From Spirochaetota bacterium (GTDB taxonomy: Bacteria > Spirochaetota > UBA4802 > JAFGDQ01), in NCBI GenBank assembly GCA_043803405.1, contig JAZDKB010000047.1:24782-88781 (forward strand): a DNA stretch of 64,000 nucleotides, read 5' to 3'. The translations under genes were made by a program, and so were the position numbers. Every line of letters starts with the position of its first letter. The first letter of the stretch is position 1. This document shows positions 29,766 to 37,237 of the stretch, piece by piece. Under the pieces are notes generated by a model. That model made no database searches. It was not told where the DNA came from and worked only from the letters and a program-made list of their open reading frames with translations.

Positions 29766-31237
29766 AAAATAAAATTATTTTAATAACATTATTAATTTTT
29801 ATCTTTTCCGGCACAGGTACGGATGCGAAAACCGAAAAGTTCGCAAAAAATGTTGTAACAATTACTGTTGCCAGCCAGAGATACGATTATAACGCACCGT
29901 GGCAGAAACTTGCTGTACAGAGAGAAGTAATAAGCGGAATTGTATTAAAGGGCAACAGAATTCTGACTCTTTCGTATAAACTGGCCGATCACGTTCTTGT
30001 CGAAGTATCAAAGTTCGGGGCCTATCATAAATATCCTGCAAAAGTCATTTTAAAGGATTATCACTGCGGCCTGGCTTTATTGACTGTGCCTGATGTTTCA
30101 TTTTTTAAGGACTTAACCCCTGTTGAATTTAATTCGGAAGGCATTTCAAAAGAAACAAAATTATCGATAGTCAGGTGGGACAGTAACGGCATACTTAAAG
30201 AACATTCGGCTGATTACCAGAAATCCGCTGTTGAATTTTTCGAGTCTTCCGGAGCAGTGCTGATACATCAGATTACTTCCGAGATCGACTCCGGCGGGAA
30301 AGGCGAGCCGGTCTTTGTTGACGGCGCCCTTTCCGGGATTACGTCATGGTATTATCCGAATACGAAAACACTTAAAGCAATCGATATAGATGTCGTAGCG
30401 CGTATGTTGAAGGATTTTGACAGCGGGAATTATAAGGGTATGCCGAATTTTTTTGTTGAAGACGCGGCGCTGGAAAACGATGAAAATTTACGCAATATAC
30501 TCGGGATGGAATCCGAGGACAATGGCATTCTAATAAACAATGTCCCTCCGCAAACCAGCGGGAGCGATATTTTAAAGAAAGGGGATGTGATTTTAAATAT
30601 TGACGGCACTGATCTTGACGATAACGGAATGTATGTCTCTGAAAAATACGGCAAACTTGCTTATTACGGACTTATATATCTTAACCATTTTGTCGGAGAT
30701 AATGTGAAAATGAACATTATCCGTAATCGAAAGAAAATGGAGATCAGCTTTGCGTTAAAGCCGTTTTCCGAAGACTGTTTTCTTATTCCGACAATCAGCA
30801 ACGGCAATCCTCCCAGGTTTTATATTATAGGCGGGCTGGTATTCCAGGAGCTGTCAAGAGATTATCTGCAGACATGGGGCAAGGAATGGATAAGCACTGT
30901 GGATAAAAGACTTATGTATTATTATGATAATTTTACGAAATATCCGACTCCTGACTTAAAAAGAATTGTCATTTTAAGCCTTGTGTTGCCTTCTTCCGTT
31001 AATACCGGGTATCATAATTACAGGCACATGATTCTGCATGATGTAAACGGACAAAAGATTAAAGACATCAATCATGTTAAAAACATAATCGATAAATCCG
31101 GCGAAAAATTTTTAAATTTCAGCTTTATCGGTGGGTCGTCTGTAATTCTTGACTGCAATGAAGCAAAGAAAAGCAATGCGGAAATTATACAGAAATATAA
31201 AATTCAGAGTCAGTATTATCTGGGAGAAATTAAATAG
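29762..31237 (+). CDS. Deg2-like PDZ protein, predicted catalytically inactive paralog
   Basis: Same architecture as 28293 gene, but TLSYK, HCGLALL and DSGGKGEP replace the triad motifs. Confidence 0.85.
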   Translation: MKNKIILITLLIFIFSGTGTDAKTEKFAKNVVTITVASQRYDYNAPWQKLAVQREVISGIVLKGNRILTLSYKLADHVLVEVSKFGAYHKYPAKVILKDYHCGLALLTVPDVSFFKDLTPVEFNSEGISKETKLSIVRWDSNGILKEHSADYQKSAVEFFESSGAVLIHQITSEIDSGGKGEPVFVDGALSGITSWYYPNTKTLKAIDIDVVARMLKDFDSGNYKGMPNFFVEDAALENDENLRNILGMESEDNGILINNVPPQTSGSDILKKGDVILNIDGTDLDDNGMYVSEKYGKLAYYGLIYLNHFVGDNVKMNIIRNRKKMEISFALKPFSEDCFLIPTISNGNPPRFYIIGGLVFQELSRDYLQTWGKEWISTVDKRLMYYYDNFTKYPTPDLKRIVILSLVLPSSVNTGYHNYRHMILHDVNGQKIKDINHVKNIIDKSGEKFLNFSFIGGSSVILDCNEAKKSNAEIIQKYKIQSQYYLGEIK

Positions 31238-31286
31238 CAGACGAATTAGAATACCTGCAAAGTTATAATTTATGAGAGCGCTAAAC

Positions 31287-31394
31287 ATCGAGACAATAAA
31301 TCATTAATTTTCCAGCCGCTAATGCTTACATCCTGTAAGAAGCGGCATACGGCAACATCCTGTTGCCTGAAAATTAATGATTTATTGTCTCGAT
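31287..31394. repeat. Palindromic interspersed element copy 2 (26-bp perfect arms, core inverted relative to copy 1)
   Basis: Arms 31287-31312 / 31369-31394 are a perfect inverted repeat; core 49/58 identical to the copy 1 core once its insert is removed. Confidence 0.9.
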
Positions 31395-31430
31395 ATTTAC
31401 AACGCATTTTCACTTATAATAACATCGCTT

Positions 31431-31973
31431 CTATGGTATTTGCACCGGATTGCCTGGCTCGCTCACCTCTATAATCTGATATTGTGTTCCATCCCACAAA
31501 CACAAATAAGACCGCATTGTAAACCAATTCCCGGAAATCAAATTAGTCGGTAAAAGCACTTTTGCCAGGGTATATATATTTGAATTATAATCGATAGTAG
31601 CCGGAGCGGTTTTACTCGTAAACAATATCGCTATCCGGGCATTAATCCCGTCCGCCGGATTATATGGCAAAGTGCTCTCGCCATTTGCCAGTCCCAATAC
31701 ATAGTCTGCATCTGTTCTATTTGTCATTTGTAAAACAATTGCTTGATCTGCATCAATAAAAATAAAAAATCCTCCGAATTTGGTATTGGCATTGTTTGCT
31801 GAGCGGAATAATAATAAATAATCGTCAATATATGCTCCGCCGTGATTTCCTGCTGTTAGCTTAACAAGATTAATGTCCATGGGAGGATTAGCAGGGTAGT
31901 ATATTATTTCTTCAGGTGTATCGCATGAAATAGAAAGAATAAAAATAAAGAGAATATATGTAAGCTTTTTCAT
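31431..31973 (-). CDS. Hypothetical lipoprotein
   Basis: Start at 31973 gives MKKLTYILFIFILSISC (lipobox) and removes the overlap seen with the track start 32018. Confidence 0.7.
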   Translation of the reverse strand: MKKLTYILFIFILSISCDTPEEIIYYPANPPMDINLVKLTAGNHGGAYIDDYLLLFRSANNANTKFGGFFIFIDADQAIVLQMTNRTDADYVLGLANGESTLPYNPADGINARIAILFTSKTAPATIDYNSNIYTLAKVLLPTNLISGNWFTMRSYLCLWDGTQYQIIEVSEPGNPVQIP

Positions 31974-31974
31974 A

Positions 31975-32475
31975 TTATTTAACAAAAGTAATGGATAAAT
32001 TATCGTTGCTCGCTGCATCTACGGTAACATGCAAAAGCTGATGATATGAGCACATCAGCACATAGTATGTGGTACCGTTCACAAACGTGCATGGCAAGGC
32101 CGAATTGTCGCTGCACCAGTATTGTCTTACTTTAATAGTCCGCAGCAGAGCCGGGTTATAATCGTCCGGGCTTAAAGGGTAAGACGGCACTGCGGAAGCG
32201 CAGTCGGGTTCATCGACCTCTACCGCTTTATATTCATATATATGGGTCCTCAGCAAAGGTTTGTCGGAAACATATACATTATATCCCTGAAAATAGTATT
32301 CTTTGTTATAGCCCCGGAAGTTTATATAAATATGTTCCGTATCACCTGCCTTCTGCTCAAGGCTTACAATAACAGGAGGAACAAGATAGTCGAACGCATC
32401 TTCGGGCACATCAAATGCGCAGGAAGCTGTGAAGAGAAAAAAAGCCAGAGTTATATACTTTAGAATATAATTCAT
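31975..32475 (-). CDS. Hypothetical lipoprotein
   Basis: MNYILKYITLAFFLFTASC signal/lipobox; stop lies 1 nt before the next start. Confidence 0.7.
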   Translation of the reverse strand: MNYILKYITLAFFLFTASCAFDVPEDAFDYLVPPVIVSLEQKAGDTEHIYINFRGYNKEYYFQGYNVYVSDKPLLRTHIYEYKAVEVDEPDCASAVPSYPLSPDDYNPALLRTIKVRQYWCSDNSALPCTFVNGTTYYVLMCSYHQLLHVTVDAASNDNLSITFVK

Positions 32476-32515
32476 AATTGTTTGTGTAACTTGTTAAGTT
32501 CCTATTTCCTGTAAA

Positions 32516-32583
32516 GAAAAAGGCAGGCTGATTATTTACAGTCCTGTCCGGGGTCCATCCGGCTGCGTTACCGCGCAACCGGA
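32516..32583 (-). terminator. Hairpin plus terminator-like stem/U-tract downstream of the AsmA gene
   Basis: 10-bp hairpin 32558-32583; on the minus strand a bulged stem ggacaggactg...cagcctgcc followed by ttttt. Confidence 0.45.
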
Positions 32584-32603
32584 GCAATCGTTTGCCGGAT
32601 TTT

Positions 32604-34046
32604 CTACTTCAGTTTAAACTTTTTCTTTAATTTTTCCGACGCCTTATCTTTTGCTTTATCCGCTGCTTCTTTTGTTTCTTCTTTTGCTTTTTCCTTAACC
32701 TGGTCTTTTACAACGTCCTTTACGTCCCCGGAAGATCCTTTTACAATGTCGGATATTGAAGAGAGCTTAGGACTGATCAGCTTTGTTTTGGGATCGTTCA
32801 GTTTGCCTGTAACCTCAAATTTAAGCTCTACTTTGCTGTCTTTGTTTAGAATGCTTTTCATCGCAATGTCCGTAACGGTTTCGGCTTTTATATATTTGGC
32901 TGCCTTTGCGGGAATAGCTTTCTTAACGTTCTTCTCTACACCCGAACGTATGGACTTTTCATGTTTGTCCGCAAGCAGCATGTCCATATCGAGATCAACA
33001 GCTTTTGTGACTAAATGTGTCTGCCCGGCGTATGTGAGCGCATAATCGTCCGTAGGTATTTTCCCTTCTTTCAGTTTTACGAGATTGTTCTTGTACCATA
33101 CGTTTACATAAGCATCTTTCCATTTAATATCTTTCTTTAGAAATTCAAGCTTTCCGCAGTATTTATCCAACTGTTCAACGGATTTAATTTTTTCAAATAT
33201 CTGCAATCCTGTCATGGTTCCGTAAGGGAGCCCCATCTTTAGATCTATTTCCGGATTAAGTATTCTTGTCTTTTTATCAAACGGAATGACAGTTCCTTTA
33301 ATATCAAAGCCGATATCGAAAGATTTTACAGAGCCTGTCTTTACTTCTCCGATGGTCTTTACTCCCATTGTTACAGTCAGGCCGACGGAGTCTTTATTTG
33401 CCAGATCTTTCGGGTCTATTTTTATTGAGTGAACAAGAGCAGTTAAATTATATACCTGGAAAGTCTGTGCGAGCCCCTCGTCCACATACTTTACATTGCC
33501 TTTTTCCATCCCGATTTTGCCGACGCTGATCTCAAGAGGCAGATCGTCCGCGGTGAATGGCTTGGATGCTTCCTTTGTTTTCTCCTTTTCCTCTTCTTTC
33601 TTTGCTCCGGGTTTCGGCTTTGTCAGGTCGTCAAAATTGAATACGCCTTTTTTATTTTTAACTATGTTAATAACAGGTTCGTAAATAACAAGTTCGTCAA
33701 GGACTACTTTCCCGCTAAAAAGTTTAATTAGCTTTATTTTAAAATTAAAGGCTTTCATTCCTGCGAACAGGTCTTTGTCCGGAACAGGCTTATTTTTCAG
33801 CAATTCCAGTTCTTTCTTTGTCTTAAAGTTGGATATTCTCACATCCCGGACTTCTATACCGGATGCCACTGCGAAAACGCCAACGCTCAGTTTCTTGATT
33901 GTAACATGCCTGTTGAGCGCATTTTCCATCTGCGACGCTACCATTTTTTCGTCAACTAAAAGCATTAAAACAACGCTGGCTGCAATTATTAAAACTATAA
34001 TAGCACCAATAACTATGCCGAACCATTTTAGAATTTTTTTAATCAT
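32604..34046 (-). CDS. AsmA-family protein
   Basis: N-terminal TM, L.R.V.I, V.I.N, L..P.I......G.FNFDDL, C-terminal F.V.G.L.DP. Confidence 0.8.
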   Translation of the reverse strand: MIKKILKWFGIVIGAIIVLIIAASVVLMLLVDEKMVASQMENALNRHVTIKKLSVGVFAVASGIEVRDVRISNFKTKKELELLKNKPVPDKDLFAGMKAFNFKIKLIKLFSGKVVLDELVIYEPVINIVKNKKGVFNFDDLTKPKPGAKKEEEKEKTKEASKPFTADDLPLEISVGKIGMEKGNVKYVDEGLAQTFQVYNLTALVHSIKIDPKDLANKDSVGLTVTMGVKTIGEVKTGSVKSFDIGFDIKGTVIPFDKKTRILNPEIDLKMGLPYGTMTGLQIFEKIKSVEQLDKYCGKLEFLKKDIKWKDAYVNVWYKNNLVKLKEGKIPTDDYALTYAGQTHLVTKAVDLDMDMLLADKHEKSIRSGVEKNVKKAIPAKAAKYIKAETVTDIAMKSILNKDSKVELKFEVTGKLNDPKTKLISPKLSSISDIVKGSSGDVKDVVKDQVKEKAKEETKEAADKAKDKASEKLKKKFKLK

Positions 34047-34179
34047 TTTAAAATCTCCGTCAAAAAAATTATAAATACCCCGAAATAAAAAAATTAATCA
34101 AAGCTTAATAAATTTATTACAGTAAATTGAATATTTTAAAAAAATGCAAGGATTTTATTATGTGTGATTTGTTAATAAA

Positions 34180-34352
34180 TAGTGTCTAGACCGGATAAAT
34201 TCAAAATGATTTTACCACAGAGGCACGGAGTCATAGTGAAGACAAATTAATTATTCCTATAATAAAAACAAAGAAAAAACTCAGTGTCTCTGTGACTCTG
34301 TGGCAAAATTTAAAATACTTTTCAATTCAAATTCATACGGTCTGGGCACGAG
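34180..34352. mobile_element. Non-autonomous MITE-like element with nested inverted repeats
   Basis: Outer IR tagtgtctagaccggataaatt / aattcatacggtctgggcacga; inner IR attttaccacagaggcacggagtca (34209) / tgtctctgtgactctgtggcaaaat (to 34309); no ORF. Confidence 0.7.
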
Positions 34353-34385
34353 TACTAAAAGAGTTCCCTGATAAACTATATCGAG

Positions 34386-35474
34386 TTACCAGACTATGCC
34401 TGCGGATAAGCCGAGGGAAAAGCCTGCTTCCATATAATATACGGCAAACGGGATGTCTATTTTAACAACGCTTAAGTTAAGCCCTATGCCTGCAGTTACT
34501 TTGGGATTTATAGTAGTCGGCTTCTTTTCTTTAGTGCCGCCTTCTATAGTGATGAACCCCGGTTGACTGAGCTCAGAAGCTGTATAATCAGTTGTAACAG
34601 GTCCGGCAGCTTGTAATTTAATTTCCGAAGAACCAAAGTTAAAATCAACTCCTGTGCCAAGCGAAATATTAAGGACGCTGAAAAAAACAAATGCAGTGGA
34701 AATATCCACGGGTACCGTAATTGTTTCGGAAATAGTTTGAATTTTAAATGATGGATCTATTGTTAAAGTATAAGTAGTATCAACAGTTTCTTGAATTGTT
34801 GATTTAAGTATTTTAATTGCATTTTCGGTTTTACTATAATAAAAGCCTGCTCCTATTGCGAGTCCTCTCCATTTGAAAAGCCCCGGAATTTTGCGCGGCC
34901 AGAATATGATCTGGTTTACTCCGGCGCCAAGAAGCAGTTCCTTATATGAAAAGCCTTCCATTTCGCTGTTAATATTTTCAAAATTGATAGCGACCTGGCC
35001 GTATTTTAAATTTATATAAAGCCCGGGGAAAATAAAGCCCGCGTTTACTCCTGCGTTTACTGTTGCTATCCCCGCGCCTACACCAAGATACGCGTCGCCA
35101 TCCCTTTCGATCTTATAGCGCATGTCTGTAACATAATCCTTATTGTATGCGAACGCAGGAACCTGAAGGCTGACCATCGCACCTGTCATTAAAGCGAACA
35201 GAGAATAATCCTGATAACCTTCAAGTGTGGCAACATTTGTAGAATACGTATTAGCATTTGCAAAACCCTTTGCGAGTTTTTCCTGATTATCATATTTGTC
35301 CAACTCAGCCTTAACATTAGCAAGCATTGTATTCCAGACACCGCTTATTGCAATGTTAAGAGTTCCCGCGCCAACATATTGTGGATATTGGCCTCCTACC
35401 GTTACTGCTCCGGCATTTGTCGCCAGAAGGCAGGCTATGGTTAATCCCGCTAAAGCCCCGAGCAGACTTTTCAT
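34386..35474 (-). CDS. Putative outer-membrane beta-barrel protein (Lsa36-like), paralog 1
   Basis: Signal peptide, amphipathic strands, C-terminal GIVW; shares LAKGFANAN.Y, GYQDY.LFA, FKWRG, GVD.NFGS with the 35937 gene. Confidence 0.75.
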   Translation of the reverse strand: MKSLLGALAGLTIACLLATNAGAVTVGGQYPQYVGAGTLNIAISGVWNTMLANVKAELDKYDNQEKLAKGFANANTYSTNVATLEGYQDYSLFALMTGAMVSLQVPAFAYNKDYVTDMRYKIERDGDAYLGVGAGIATVNAGVNAGFIFPGLYINLKYGQVAINFENINSEMEGFSYKELLLGAGVNQIIFWPRKIPGLFKWRGLAIGAGFYYSKTENAIKILKSTIQETVDTTYTLTIDPSFKIQTISETITVPVDISTAFVFFSVLNISLGTGVDFNFGSSEIKLQAAGPVTTDYTASELSQPGFITIEGGTKEKKPTTINPKVTAGIGLNLSVVKIDIPFAVYYMEAGFSLGLSAGIVW

Positions 35475-35552
35475 AAATTACCCCGGATGAATAATTATTT
35501 ATATTTTCAGGTGTATAAATACGTATTTTTCTTTTTAGAAATAAATCTTTAT

Positions 35553-35581
35553 AAGATAACAATTTTTTGGTGAATAATCAA
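35553..35581 (-). promoter_or_regulatory. Sigma70-type promoter of paralog 1
   Basis: TTGATT-N17-TATCTT with an extended -10 TG; region homologous to 37086-37114. Confidence 0.6.
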
Positions 35582-35680
35582 GGAATAGAAAGAGAAAATT
35601 ATAATTCAAGCAGAATTTTTTTGGTCACTTTCCCGTTAGGATTATAAAAGAGATATAGGGATGGATTTGCGGATTTTAAT

Positions 35681-35913
35681 GAGCCTCCGGGTCGCTTAGG
35701 AGAGCCTCGGAGGTGGTCGGGAGCGTCTCCGAGGCTCTCCGGAATGTTAATTGCCACTAAAGAGTGTCTCCGAGTCACTCCGGAGTGTGATTTTCACACT
35801 AAAGAGTGTGTCCGAGACACTTCGGAGTGTGAATTTGCCATTAAAGAGCGTCTCCGAGACACTCCGGAGTGTGATTTTCTCTCTAAAGAGTGTTTCCGGG
35901 ACACTCTTTAGAG
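35681..35913. repeat. Tandem array of 42-bp units made of two 21-bp hairpin subunits
   Basis: Unit starts at 35721, 35762, 35804, 35846, 35888; consensus gagtgtctccgagacactccg-gagtgtgattttcacactaaa; decayed units at 35681-35720. Confidence 0.92.
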
Positions 35914-35936
35914 CCTTTTTGCTCTAAATTAGCCCT

Positions 35937-37049
35937 TTACCACACAACGCCCGCAGTTAAACCGACTGCGAATGCGTTATCGAACGGGTAGATTATTACA
36001 GGAACGTCTATCTTTACTGCCCAGATGTTTAAGCCAACGCCTGTTGTAATTCGTTCGCGTACCCAGGATGGCTTCTTGTTTTTTGTAGTTGCATCGACTG
36101 TATAATTACCCGGTGTAACAGTAGGAGCTCCAGCTCCACTTAAATTAGCAGAGACACTTCCATCTGATTCTAATTTTATATCTGTTGATCCAAAGTTTAA
36201 GTCAACACCTAGACCGAGATTAAAATTAAGCGCCCATAACACTCGTACAGATGTTGTTACGTCAAAAGGAATGGAGTATGTATGCGATTCAACCCCAATA
36301 AGAAAAGAGGGATTTAAAACTACATTTCCTGTGATTGGTCCTACCGGAGTAATATCTTCCTGAATAGGATCCATATCGATTTTAAGATCAGTTTTATTAT
36401 AACTATAAATAAAGCCAGTCCCAAATGATATTCCACGCCATTTAAATAATCCTGCCAAAAATGAAGTTGTTTTAATCCAGGAATAATTAGCTCCAATGCC
36501 AACTAAAGTAGTTTTTGTAGATAGGCCATCAACCAGAGAACTATTTGAAAAATAACCGAATTTCGCATTTAAATAAAGATTGGGATAGATAAATCCTGCG
36601 TTAATGCCAACATTTAACAATGCAAGGCTTGCGCCAACCCCTGCGTATAAGTCACCATCTTTTTCAACTTTTTTATCTAAGTTTTCGTAATAATCTTTAT
36701 CATGACTAGGAAGTTGAGCACCTACCATTGCGCCTGCTGTAACTGCAAATAATTTATAATCCTGGTACCCCTGAAGAGTACCAGCTTGCCCTGCATAAGC
36801 GTTTGCGTTTGCGAATCCTTTTGCTAAATCAGGCAGGTCGCTGTATTTAAATAATTCATTATATGCTCTATCTATTGCGTCATTGAATTGTAGTTGTAAC
36901 TCATCATTAACAGTTGTATTACTTGTAGTTGGTGGGTTACCGCCTACTGTTAAACCGCCTCCACTTACAGTATACGTATAAGCCTCTACTGTACTAATAG
37001 AAAACCAAAGAACCGAAATAACTATAAGAATCTTTACCAAACTCTTCAT
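35937..37049 (-). CDS. Putative outer-membrane beta-barrel protein (Lsa36-like), paralog 2
   Basis: Start at 37049 (MKSLVK) after aggagg; signal peptide; C-terminal GVVW. Confidence 0.78.
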   Translation of the reverse strand: MKSLVKILIVISVLWFSISTVEAYTYTVSGGGLTVGGNPPTTSNTTVNDELQLQFNDAIDRAYNELFKYSDLPDLAKGFANANAYAGQAGTLQGYQDYKLFAVTAGAMVGAQLPSHDKDYYENLDKKVEKDGDLYAGVGASLALLNVGINAGFIYPNLYLNAKFGYFSNSSLVDGLSTKTTLVGIGANYSWIKTTSFLAGLFKWRGISFGTGFIYSYNKTDLKIDMDPIQEDITPVGPITGNVVLNPSFLIGVESHTYSIPFDVTTSVRVLWALNFNLGLGVDLNFGSTDIKLESDGSVSANLSGAGAPTVTPGNYTVDATTKNKKPSWVRERITTGVGLNIWAVKIDVPVIIYPFDNAFAVGLTAGVVW

Positions 37050-37085
37050 AAATTCCTCCTGTTTAATAAAATAAAACATCTTTCT

Positions 37086-37114
37086 ATTATATAATTTATT
37101 GGCCTGATAATCAA
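37086..37114 (-). promoter_or_regulatory. Sigma70-type promoter of paralog 2
   Basis: TTGATT-N17-TATAAT, ending 37 nt before the ATG. Confidence 0.7.
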
Positions 37115-37237
37115 ATAATACAAGAAAAAAATTATAATATTACTTTACTTGTATTTATTTTATTATAACTTATGGGAAATATTTCAATAATTATTTTAAG
37201 TGCATTGTTAAATATCATCAGGAATAAAAGTTAAATA

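Noticed and set aside
29762..31237. Second Deg gene as a pseudogene
   Set aside because: Full-length uninterrupted ORF with signal peptide and overlapping start; better read as a pseudo-enzyme.
35681..35913. CRISPR or other guide-RNA array
   Set aside because: Units are contiguous with only a few variable bases; no unique spacers and no cas or other effector gene nearby.
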